DNA from: Longimicrobiales bacterium
Lineage (GTDB): Bacteria > Gemmatimonadota > Gemmatimonadetes > Longimicrobiales > Gaopeijiaceae
Assembly: GCA_965249725.1 (NCBI GenBank)
Contig: CBDFMQ010000002.1
Span: 2,816,001 to 2,880,000 of the forward strand
DNA length: 64,000 bases
Direction of reading: 5' to 3'
This document shows, in pieces, positions 10,212 through 18,241 of the stretch (positions within the stretch are counted from its first letter, which is position 1; each line of letters begins with the position of its first letter). Both the position numbers and the translations under genes were made by a program. Under the pieces are notes generated by a model that was not told the origin of the DNA, did no database searches, and worked only from the letters and a program-made list of their open reading frames with translations.

Positions 10212-10784
10212 GGTCTCTACCCGAGTCCTAAGCCGATATCGGACCGCTGACCGGATCTCGGGCACGTCGAGAACCTCGCATACACGGTCCCACACCGCCG
10301 GTCTCGGCTTGCTTCGCACACCTGCCACTGCGTTGTGGTACGCAAGTAGTTCCAGGGCCTCGTCGCGCCAAAGCAGCTCGACCAACGCACGTGGATCTTG
10401 GTCAGGGTTCTCAGCGGCAGGGCGAAACGGATCGAGCGTGAGTGCCTCGACACTGCCGCGAACCAAGAGCACGCCCCACCACCCGGGGACGAGCTGGAGA
10501 GCAGCCTCGATATGCTTTGGACCAACAACAAGGGTGACGCGGTCCAACACACGACTATACGTCGCAGCCTGGGAGGCCAACCGAGTCAACCGGTCCCGAT
10601 TCGACTTGATCTCGTAGCCATGAAGAACACCGCTCACTGTCGCCAAGTCGATCCGAGCCTGGCCTTGGCAGAGCCCCAGTTCCTCGATCAATAGCGTGTC
10701 CGGGTGTGCCAACTCCTGTTGCTCCAGATACGTCCGAAGCGCCGGTCGCACCTCCGCATCTCGGATCACGTTGTGAGATGTCAA
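10197..10784 (-). CDS. sce7726-family protein (PD-(D/E)xK-like)
   Basis: RDAEVR...EELGL..ARIDLA...LHGYEIKS.RD.L.RL..Q...YSRV.D motif. Confidence 0.85.
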   Translation of the reverse strand: MTSHNVIRDAEVRPALRTYLEQQELAHPDTLLIEELGLCQGQARIDLATVSGVLHGYEIKSNRDRLTRLASQAATYSRVLDRVTLVVGPKHIEAALQLVPGWWGVLLVRGSVEALTLDPFRPAAENPDQDPRALVELLWRDEALELLAYHNAVAGVRSKPRPAVWDRVCEVLDVPEIRSAVRYRLRTRVETSTSA

Positions 10785-10802
10785 TTCAGCACGGGAGAAA
10801 AG

Positions 10803-10882
10803 ATGACCACCGGCCAGAAGGCAAGATAGCGCGTCGCAAGCTGAGTCTGCTACCGCTGGCCCAGGAGTTCGGCAACGTAAAC
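10803..10882 (+). pseudogene. IS481-family transposase N-terminal remnant
   Basis: MTTGQK/KIARRKLSLLPLAQEFGNVN, frameshifted, with no downstream DDE domain. Confidence 0.65.
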
Positions 10883-11125
10883 ACGGCGGATGTGGACGCC
10901 CCCCTGGTTGGCAAGTTTGACCTCAAATCGAGGTCGGTGGCGTTCAGGTCAGGTACTGTCGTATGTGCGACATCTTGATGCGACACTTCTGGCCGCGGGC
11001 CCGTATGGTGTTTGTGAGATCGGATCCAAATGGTGCCAGCGGAACTCGGCGGCCCTTCGCCTTGCACGGGTTTCCCGACCCGTCTTGTCGCCCGCGGGCC
11101 CTACCTTGTCCGACATCTGCACTAT

Positions 11126-11650
11126 TCAGTGGGAACCTCCGTGGCTGGTGCACGCCATCGCGCGGAAGCCATGCTGAATCATCCGTTCCGGGGGGTTGTC
11201 CAAGGCACGTAGTGCGGACGGCCGACCGCGCGACCGGACTCGGGCCCGAACGCCTCTCCGTCCTCGCATACGCCGGGACGCCGGTGCGTGGAACGGATTG
11301 CCGAAGAGCTGCGATCCCTGGACCGTCGCGCCCTCGACGCCTTGGACAAGGCCGCGCGCGTCCTCGAATCGCTCGAGACGAAGCTGCCCGTCGTACGCTG
11401 ATTCCGTCCTTGATGCCAAGGAGCCGGGCTTGCAAAATACGTAACCAAAATGGGTACTGATTCCCATGGGCATAGGCCGGCCGTAGAGGCGACGGATGTC
11501 TTCTGTGCATTGGCCGATGCGCCGCGCCGCATCATCCTCCACCAGCAGCCATAGATCGCCCCATCCGATATCTTGAGAGCCTCGATGTAGTCTGCCCGCC
11601 CGGCATCGGTCACCACCAGCGGAAACCACCCCGCGCGGAGCATCACCAGC
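11126..11650 (-). pseudogene. Fic-family protein C-terminal remnant, frameshifted
   Basis: LVMLRAGWFPLVVT...RADYIEAL..SD.GDL resembles the post-catalytic Fic region; HPF..GNGR motif absent. Confidence 0.5.
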
Positions 11651-11679
11651 GTCCGACACGGGACCAGACACGACCCGGA

Positions 11680-11712
11680 TTCCCGCTATTTGATGCGGTT
11701 TTCCCGCTATTT
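11680..11712. repeat. 12-bp direct repeat TTCCCGCTATTT x2 (possible integrase arm-type sites)
   Basis: Exact copies at 11680-11691 and 11701-11712, about 100 bp from a tRNA fragment. Confidence 0.55.
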
Positions 11713-11814
11713 CAGTACGGCGGAACCAGATATGGTCTAACGGCAAGAACGGCAGATCGTGCAGTCCTAGTTGAACTTAGGCGATTTCTTGCCGTGAATC
11801 ACATCATCCGTACT

Positions 11815-11835
11815 ACGCCTGATAAGCGTGAGGTC
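11815..11835 (+). other. tRNA-Ile(GAT) anticodon-arm fragment; probable att remnant
   Basis: ACGCCTGATAAGCGTGAGGTC matches the usual bacterial tRNA-Ile anticodon stem-loop plus variable region; no acceptor, D or T arms. Confidence 0.65.
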
Positions 11836-11907
11836 CCCGTCTCGTCTTCCCGCGCGGTTTACGCAGGAGCGATCTGATTGGCTCGCCCGATGACCCGAAG
11901 TCATGTC

Positions 11908-12063
11908 ATATAACGTTCAGGGCCTCCGAACCGGCCCACGTTTCAGTGCCTTACATCAAGGACAGATCCACAGCCGCTTCCGCTGACCGAAGCCCATTTG
12001 ATCGAGGGCCGGTTGGGCCGAGGGCCGCCTACAGCGGCCCGAGCCGGAGGCCCCGTGTTACAC
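11908..12063 (-). other. att site A, family 2 (156 bp)
   Basis: ATATAACGTTCAGGGCCTCCGAACCGGCCC...GGCCGGTTGGGCCGAGGGCCGCCTACAGCGGCCCGAGCCGGAGGCCCCGTGTTACAC. Confidence 0.9.
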
Positions 12064-12179
12064 GGCGTTTCCCCACGCGCCTCTTCAATCCGCTCCTAAT
12101 CTGGTGAGACAATCGGGAATGCGACTGTATTTGGCACTGGCGTGAACTAGCGGATTGCAATTCGGCCGCTGCACCTTCC

Positions 12180-13001
12180 TTATCCCGGCACCAACGCCAG
12201 GCACGCCCCCACCGGATCCTGAACCACCGCACATTCGTACTCCCCATCGTGCCCCCGTGTGGCCTTGATGATCTTACCCCCTCCCTCCCCTACGCGACGG
12301 AGACTTTCGGCGAGGTCGCCAACGGGGAGGAAAATCATCCAGATAGGCGGCAAACCTAGGTTCACGCCGCGCGCATGGCAGACTCCCGCCGCCGGGTTTC
12401 CGTCATCGCCGAACAAGTGGTAGTCGGCATAGGGCCCGCTTGCGTCCTCCATCTCGACGTCCTGCGCGGACCAGTGAACGACCTGTCGGTAGAAGTCACG
12501 AGTTGCCGAGGCGTCAGAGACCGTCAGGTCGAGCCAGGAGATGCGTCCCACACGCGCCGCAGCGTCGCGCGATGCGGCGCCGTCAGTTGGGAGGATCGCC
12601 TCCGCAGAAACGACGGGGATGATCCCGAACGCCGCCCCATTCGGATCGAGCAGCACCGCCCACTGACTCTTTCCAGCGTCGCCTTTGGCATGCATGAGCT
12701 CACTCCCGCCCAGATCCAGCGCTCGCCCCACACTGGCTGCGACATCGGCGACCTGAATGTGCGGCATCCATTGGAGCGGGAGGTGAGCATATTCCGCGCT
12801 GCGCGCGCCCAAGCCGATGATCGGCATGCCCAGGTTGTTCATCAGATCCTCGCGCCAAAGCGGATTCTCGCCCGTGCTGAGTACACGTGAGTAGAAGCGC
12901 ACTTCACGTTCGTGTTCGGGAACGGCGATGTCGGCGCTGAGGATTCCGCCGACGCGTGGGACAAGGGGGTCACTCATGGTTCGCGTCCTGGTTGACATCA
13001 T
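12180..13001 (-). CDS. VOC/glyoxalase-bleomycin resistance family protein (two domains); cassette 6
   Basis: Duplicated W..L...D......FY / V.D.......GG / DP.GA motifs. Confidence 0.9.
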   Translation of the reverse strand: MMSTRTRTMSDPLVPRVGGILSADIAVPEHEREVRFYSRVLSTGENPLWREDLMNNLGMPIIGLGARSAEYAHLPLQWMPHIQVADVAASVGRALDLGGSELMHAKGDAGKSQWAVLLDPNGAAFGIIPVVSAEAILPTDGAASRDAAARVGRISWLDLTVSDASATRDFYRQVVHWSAQDVEMEDASGPYADYHLFGDDGNPAAGVCHARGVNLGLPPIWMIFLPVGDLAESLRRVGEGGGKIIKATRGHDGEYECAVVQDPVGACLALVPG

Positions 13002-13316
13002 GTTGGGTCAAGGTTCATTGGCCAGATATGGACTTCAATGGGCATCGCGGCAACGATTCTCGAGGCAGGGGCCCGAGACCTTCTCGAAGAATGGTACCGG
13101 GTGAGGCCACAGTCCGTGCGGGTGATCCGGAGGCGGCCTAGCTAGGAATTGGCCTGTACCAATCCGGGTCTGATACTGTGCTCATCTCTGCGATAATCCC
13201 GCCCCATGGCGCAGACCGCACACCCGGACACGGTTCTGCGAACCTGCAAAGGGCCCCGTTGTTCCGCATTTCGGACGACCTACATGAGAAATGTCGATCT
13301 CATCTACGACAATGAC

Positions 13317-13470
13317 GTGTAACGTTCAGGGCCTCCGAACCGGCCCACATTCGTGGGTTACTTCTGCTCTCTTCCACGTACCACTTCCGTAACTCCACGT
13401 CCTCCCGGTCGTGGCCGGTTGGGTCGAGGGCCGCCTACAGCGGCCCGAGCCGGAGGCCCATTTGTTATCA
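13317..13470 (-). other. att site B, family 2 (154 bp)
   Basis: GTGTAACGTTCAGGGCCTCCG...CGGAGGCCCATTTGTTATCA. Confidence 0.9.
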
Positions 13471-13484
13471 GGCGTTGCCGTGTT

Positions 13485-13817
13485 TCACGACAGCACTAGG
13501 TAGGCGGCCACTTCGTCGTCCTCGAACTCGTAAATCCGAGCCGAGTTGGACCGCAGGATCCTCTCTGTTTCTTGGACGCTACAATTGCCGCGGCGTATCC
13601 AGATGACCTTCGGAGGGGGGCCGAAGACGAAGCTCATTTGCTGGAAATCGTTGTCCTTCGACACGATTACCAAGTTCGCCTCCCTCGCATGGTCCCAGAT
13701 CTCTGAATCCGACGCTCTTGTCATCCCCAAATCCCGAACGTGTACAGAATCAGGGAAGATGTCGGCGAGGGCGTGAGCTAAGCGTGGGGCCAGGTTCTCA
13801 TCGAAAAGGAGCTTCAC
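13485..13817 (-). CDS. DUF5615/PIN-like toxin; cassette 5
   Basis: MKLLFDENL...SD.EIW...VSKD.DF...PPKVIW. Confidence 0.9.
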   Translation of the reverse strand: MKLLFDENLAPRLAHALADIFPDSVHVRDLGMTRASDSEIWDHAREANLVIVSKDNDFQQMSFVFGPPPKVIWIRRGNCSVQETERILRSNSARIYEFEDDEVAAYLVLS

Positions 13818-13821
13818 CGCC

Positions 13822-14049
13822 TCACGCCGGAGGCAGCGCGATCAGGCGACGCTCCCGTTCTGCAGCGAACGCCAGGGCCGCCTTGATGTCCTCCCTCTCC
13901 AGATCCGGCAACTCCGCCAGGATCTCGTCCTCCGTCATTCCGGAGGCTAGGTAGTCGAGCACATCGGACACCGTGATCCGCATCCCGCGGATACACGGCT
14001 TCCCACTTCTCTTGCCTGACTCGATCGTGATTCGGTCTCGGTAGTCCAT
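13822..14049 (-). CDS. DUF433 antitoxin; cassette 5
   Basis: GKPCIRGMRITV.DVL..LASG...EEIL...DI.AAL.FAA. Confidence 0.92.
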   Translation of the reverse strand: MDYRDRITIESGKRSGKPCIRGMRITVSDVLDYLASGMTEDEILAELPDLEREDIKAALAFAAERERRLIALPPA

Positions 14050-14217
14050 GCCTCAAATACCCCCAACCTCTTCGGAAGGGTCAAGCTTGCATTGCCAACA
14101 CTGACTCGGCACACGATCGCCTGCAAGATCCTTCTGCTCGAATCGCTTCACCTGTGCGAGCCCAGAACTCGATCGGTCGCCCTCGCCCTGGCCGTTTTCT
14201 CTGCCGGAGCAATGTCC

Positions 14218-14372
14218 TGATAACGTTCTAGGGTGCCGACGTTGCCCGTCGCATGCGCCGCACGAACCCGCCGGCACCAGATGCACCAATACCGCTCACG
14301 CGCGAGCCACGTCAAAGGGCAATGTACAGCGTAGCGAACGAAGTGAGCGCAGCCGGCACCCGGTTGTTATCG
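14218..14372 (-). other. att site C, sequence-divergent variant (155 bp)
   Basis: TGATAACGTTCTAGGGTGCCG ACGTTGCCC...GGGCAATGT..side arm..CGGCACCCGGTTGTTATCG; same length and geometry as family 2. Confidence 0.85.
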
Positions 14373-14463
14373 GAAGTGACCGTGCTGGCCACCCTTGGTC
14401 GTGCTGAGCGTAGGCGCCGACCCTATCCCTTGCTAGCACATAGCAGTACTGCTATTCTCCATC

Positions 14464-14836
14464 ATGTCCTCGCCGGCCCGGAAACCGCTCCACTTCGTGG
14501 CCTCAAGCATCAAGGATCTCCGCGGTCTGCCGGAGGAGATCAAGGATGTGTTCGGGGCCGCCTTGCCTTGACGCTCAATACGGGGACCACCCCGCAGGAG
14601 CGAAACCATTCGGCGAGGGAGTGCCACGGGAGGTCATGAAACTGGTAGAGGACTACGACGGCAATACGTACCGCGCCGCCTACACGGTCGCGCTGAAGAG
14701 CGCGGTCTACGTACTCCATGTCTTCACCAAGAAGTCGAAGCGGGGAATCGGCACGCCACGTCCGGACAAGGATGCGATTCGGTCAAGACTCCAGGCGGCG
14801 AGGGAACACCACGCGAGGTACTACGAGAAGAGTTAA
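14464..14836 (+). pseudogene. RelE/Gp49-like toxin, +1 frameshift near 14565; cassette 4 (inverted)
   Basis: MSSPARKPLHFVASSIKDLRGLPEEIKDVFGAAL / LDAQYG..P..AKPF...YRAAYTV...VYVLHVF.KKS. Confidence 0.8.
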
Positions 14837-14861
14837 AGGCAGTTCTAGAGGAGAAGATGCA

Positions 14862-15200
14862 ATGAGCGACGATCTGAAGATTCACGACAGCACGGGCAAC
14901 GTCTTCGCCGACATCGGCGCCCGCGACGCCGAGGAGCTGCTCGCAAAGGCGGAACTCGCGCGTCTCATCCGACACGAGCTCACACGGCGCGGACTCACGC
15001 AGGCCGTGGCTGCAGACCTCCTCGGCATGAAGCAGCCTGATGTCTCGGACCTGGTACGCGGGAAGCTGTCCCGCTTCAGCCTATCGCGGCTTGAGAGACT
15101 GCTGAACGCTCTCGACCTTGAGATTCGAATCCAGGTCGGGCCGAAGCCTGCCGACAAGGCTCAGGCCGGCATCACTGTTGAGCTCGTCGAGTCATTCTGA
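14862..15200 (+). CDS. XRE/HigA-like HTH antitoxin; cassette 4
   Basis: STGNVFADIG...KAEL...LTQ..AA..LG..QPDVSDL.RGKL..FS..RL. Confidence 0.9.
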   Translation: MSDDLKIHDSTGNVFADIGARDAEELLAKAELARLIRHELTRRGLTQAVAADLLGMKQPDVSDLVRGKLSRFSLSRLERLLNALDLEIRIQVGPKPADKAQAGITVELVESF

Positions 15201-15239
15201 CCTGCGGCCTCGGCCCTCCACATAGTGCACGGTCATTTC

Positions 15240-15393
15240 CGATAACGTTCAGGGCCTCCGAACCGGCCCTCACTTCGGTTCTTGGTTCTGCTCCAACTCA
15301 GCTATCAATCCCGTCGACCAATCGCCCCGGTCGCGGGCCGGTTGGGTCGAGGGCCGCCTATAGCGGCCCGAGCCGGAGACCCCTCTGTTAGAC
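15240..15393 (-). other. att site D, family 2 (154 bp)
   Basis: CGATAACGTTCAGGGCCTCCG...CGGAGACCCCTCTGTTAGAC. Confidence 0.9.
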
Positions 15394-15412
15394 GATGCCG
15401 TTCCACACTCGT

Positions 15413-15718
15413 CTACTTCGTCGTCGTTCCTGCTTCAGCGTGTAGCTTGATCCCAAGAGCCTTGACCACCTTCAGGATTGTGTCAAAGCCCGGGCTACGC
15501 TCGCCGGACAACGCCTTGTACAGGCTCTCTCGAGACAGTCCAGCGTCTCTGGCCACCTGAGTCATTCCCTTGGCCCGGGCGATGTCTCCAAGGGCCTTGG
15601 CCACAAATGCGGCGTCACCATCCGCCTCCTCGAGGCACGCCTCTAGGTACGCAGCCATTTCTTCTGGCGTCCTGAGATGTTCAGCAACGTCGTATCGGGT
15701 CGTCTGAGTCGTTCCCAT
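15413..15718 (-). CDS. Addiction module antidote (HI1420-like HTH); cassette 3
   Basis: YDVAEHL...AYL...ALGDIARAKGM.QVA..AGLSRESLYKALS..PGFDTILKV. Confidence 0.92.
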   Translation of the reverse strand: MGTTQTTRYDVAEHLRTPEEMAAYLEACLEEADGDAAFVAKALGDIARAKGMTQVARDAGLSRESLYKALSGERSPGFDTILKVVKALGIKLHAEAGTTTK

Positions 15719-15724
15719 GCTCTT

Positions 15725-16021
15725 TTACTCCGATAGATCGCGAGCGAGGCGTAGCGCAGCCTTGATGTCCTTGGTCTGCGAACTCTTATCCCCTCCCGCA
15801 AGCAAGATGATCAGCTCCCGCCCATACCGTTTGAAATAGACTCGGTATCCGGGTCCGTAATCGATTCGTAGTTCCGAGACACCCTCACCAACGGGCCTGA
15901 CATCCCCTGGATTGCCGACAGCAAGCCGCTCAATCCGGACCTGAACGCGGGCTCTCGCCCGCATATCTCGGAGGTCGTCTAGCCACCGCGCGAAGAACTC
16001 AGTCTTACGGATCTCGATCAT
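15725..16021 (-). CDS. Addiction module killer (HI1419/RelE-like toxin); cassette 3
   Basis: F..WL..LRD..ARAR...RI.RL..GNPGD..PVGEGVSELRIDYGPGYRVYF...LLAGGDKSSQ. Confidence 0.92.
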   Translation of the reverse strand: MIEIRKTEFFARWLDDLRDMRARARVQVRIERLAVGNPGDVRPVGEGVSELRIDYGPGYRVYFKRYGRELIILLAGGDKSSQTKDIKAALRLARDLSE

Positions 16022-16028
16022 GTCCAAG

Positions 16029-16046
16029 TGTAGCCACGTGGCTACA
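16029..16046. promoter_or_regulatory. Perfect 18-bp palindrome TGTAGCCACGTGGCTACA, probable TA operator
   Basis: Lies directly upstream of the toxin start. Confidence 0.65.
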
Positions 16047-16090
16047 GTCGGTCAATCCAATAGCTGCGGTCGCGGTCGGTGTCGATTGCC

Positions 16091-16303
16091 TCACCAGTAC
16101 CACCCGGCCTCACGCGGATGAACATACGACCTCGCCTCACACTGCCCACGTTTGATCGCAGCTTGCGAACGCCGACGCTCCCGCCGGTTCAAGCGATTCC
16201 TGTACCACCGCGGAGGCACACACAGCCACTCGCATCCCCGCGAGCTAGCCTTCCATCCCTTGATCCGGCCGCCCGGCAGGATCTTCCACCTTCTCTGAGC
16301 CAT
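16091..16303 (-). CDS. Small Arg/Trp-rich hypothetical protein; cassette 3
   Basis: RBS AGGGAGG before ATG 16303; 70 aa ending in WYW. Confidence 0.55.
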   Translation of the reverse strand: MAQRRWKILPGGRIKGWKASSRGCEWLCVPPRWYRNRLNRRERRRSQAAIKRGQCEARSYVHPREAGWYW

Positions 16304-16495
16304 TTCGCCCTCCCTGTAGAGTGCTACAGGAAGGGCGCCCTTTCCTTCAGAATCATACGTGCCATCTGTCAAACCTCCTTTACCAGCGTTCTTGCCCCGT
16401 CGACAACATCAAGCGCACGCCTGCCGCCTACGTGCCGCAATGCGCTCCTCCAGCCAGGTCGCGTAGCTCTCCGCAGATCTTGTTTCAAGGCCAGG

Positions 16496-16520
16496 TAGTT
16501 ATTACCGTTGTTATAACTAT
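16496..16520. promoter_or_regulatory. AT-rich imperfect palindrome TAGTTATTACCGTTGTTATAACTAT, probable AbrB-type operator/promoter
   Basis: Located 20 bp upstream of the antitoxin ATG. Confidence 0.5.
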
Positions 16521-16539
16521 CACAAACGAGGACTCGCTC

Positions 16540-16767
16540 ATGCCCAAGCAAACCACGATCCGCGCTATCGGCAACTCGGCCGGTACGACCATCCCAAAGC
16601 CTATGCTCGAGCGTTATCACTTGGGCGAAGGCGACGCCGTCCATTTGGTTGAGACCGAGGAAGGCATCCTGATCACTCCCTTCGATCCAGACTTCGATGA
16701 GGCCATGGAGATCTACGCAGAGGGTGCCAAGCGCTATCGCAATGCCATGCGTGAACTCGCCAAGTGA
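16540..16767 (+). CDS. AbrB/MazE-family antitoxin; cassette 3
   Basis: TTIRAIGNSAG.TIPK..L....L.EGD...GI.ITPFDP...YRNAMRELAK. Confidence 0.9.
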   Translation: MPKQTTIRAIGNSAGTTIPKPMLERYHLGEGDAVHLVETEEGILITPFDPDFDEAMEIYAEGAKRYRNAMRELAK

Positions 16768-17153
16768 CCGAGCCACGTTGGCTTTCTCAAGTACAAGTCC
16801 TCTCCATCCATTCTGATCAGATCCAAGCCCACGGCGGATCCCTTGGGCTCCGGGACAGGGGACTCCTGGAGTCCGCCCTCGAACGCCCTCGCAATCGCTT
16901 CCATTACGATCCCGAGGCCGACCTCCCTTCTCTCGCGGCCGCGTACGGGTTTGGACTTTCAAGCAATCATCCCTTCGTGGACGGCAACAAGCGCATCGCC
17001 TTTCAAGCCATGTATCTCTTCCTCGGTTTGAACGGCTTCCGCATTGATGCCTCTGAAGAAGAGGTCGCCACTACTATCCTTTCTCTGGCGCGCGGTGACC
17101 TCGACGAACCCACCCTGGCTGACTGGCTCCGTCACAACATCTCTCCTCGCTGA
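16764..17153 (+). CDS. doc: Death-on-curing (Doc/Fic) toxin; cassette 3
   Basis: GLRD.GLLESAL.RP and NHPFVDGNKR motifs; GTGA overlap with the antitoxin. Confidence 0.92.
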   Translation: MTEPRWLSQVQVLSIHSDQIQAHGGSLGLRDRGLLESALERPRNRFHYDPEADLPSLAAAYGFGLSSNHPFVDGNKRIAFQAMYLFLGLNGFRIDASEEEVATTILSLARGDLDEPTLADWLRHNISPR

Positions 17154-17179
17154 CTCAGCCCCTTCATTCGAGGCATTGC

Positions 17180-17333
17180 GGCTAACGTTCAGGGCCTCCG
17201 AACCGGCCCCACCTTCCGTTCTCTACTCTACGGCAGATCCGCTGCCGCCTTCGTTGACCGAAGACCTCCCGGTCGCGGCCGGTTGGGTCGAGGGCCGCTT
17301 ACAGCGGCCCGAGTCGGAGGCCCCGTGTTATGT
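17180..17333 (-). other. att site E, family 2 (154 bp)
   Basis: GGCTAACGTTCAGGGCCTCCG...CGGAGGCCCCGTGTTATGT. Confidence 0.9.
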
Positions 17334-17422
17334 GACGTCGTGACCACGCAAGACCGTTCCCTTCTCTGCCAACGGCGACACGAACGCGCGCGGTCCGCGC
17401 GAGCACCACACCCGCACCCCTC

Positions 17423-17881
17423 CTATCGTGAAACCTCAAGCCACTGGTCCATGAACTCCGCAAAGTCTCCTGGCATGTCTGGACGGGACGCCACCCATGC
17501 CTCCCGAGCATATGGGAGCCGCAGAGTCTCCGCGAGCAAGAGGTCCAAGGCGGTCGGAGGAAGGACGTCATTGTCTACCTGACGCCACACGAGTTCCGCT
17601 TGACGGAAGAGGGCCTCCAGCCTAAAGGCGACAAGCATTCGCTCCTCAGTGCTGAAGTCGTCACGGAGCGCTCCGCTACGTATCCGACTGTACAAGGCAA
17701 GCCACTCTCGGTCTCCCGCCATCGTCGTGACCAAGTCGGTCGTGAAGATCGCGACGTCGCGGTATGCCTCGGCCCGGGCTACTGCCGTGTTCTGTCGTAT
17801 CTCTAGCCCCACGAAGACTAGAGAAAAAGTCACACCGAGTATGCCGATCAATTCCTTCAGAGCCGTGCGTTTCGCCATCAT
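17423..17881 (-). CDS. Hypothetical protein with N-terminal TM helix; cassette 2
   Basis: IGILGV..SLVFVG.EIRQNT N-terminus; only gene between sites E and F. Confidence 0.8.
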   Translation of the reverse strand: MMAKRTALKELIGILGVTFSLVFVGLEIRQNTAVARAEAYRDVAIFTTDLVTTMAGDREWLALYSRIRSGALRDDFSTEERMLVAFRLEALFRQAELVWRQVDNDVLPPTALDLLLAETLRLPYAREAWVASRPDMPGDFAEFMDQWLEVSR

Positions 17882-18029
17882 GGATCACTCCCGACAAGAT
17901 CGGCCAGAGTCGATGAGCCACGTTCCTTGCGTCGACCCCGTAAGTTGAACCGCGCCATCCATGCACGCCGACTCCATCTTCTTATCCCTTGCCCTTCCAT
18001 TCCACAACTATGCTTGCCTGAGCGATTGC

Positions 18030-18182
18030 ACATAACGTTCAGGGCCTCCGAACCGGCCCCACATTCGTTTCTTGCTTCTGCTCCAATCTTCTATCACACA
18101 GTTCGACCGAAGTCCAACCGGTTGCGGCCGGTTGGGTCGAGGGCCGCCTTCAGCGGCCCGAGCCGGAGGCCCAGTGTTATAT
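18030..18182 (-). other. att site F, family 2 (153 bp)
   Basis: ACATAACGTTCAGGGCCTCCG...CGGAGGCCCAGTGTTATAT. Confidence 0.9.
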
Positions 18183-18241
18183 GATGTGACGCTGGTCAAC
18201 TAAGTACTGCTGTTGATACTTCGGCGGGACGGGTCCTAGAG

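Noticed and set aside
11815..11835. Complete tRNA gene
   Set aside because: Only the anticodon arm is present; there is no T-loop GTTC or acceptor stem.
16047..16500. Hidden att site splitting cassette 3
   Set aside because: I could not find a TAAC...GTTA pair with complementary arms.
11908..18182. CRISPR array interpretation of the repeats
   Set aside because: The repeats are ~154 bp, separated by whole genes, with cassette-matched cores, and no cas genes are present.
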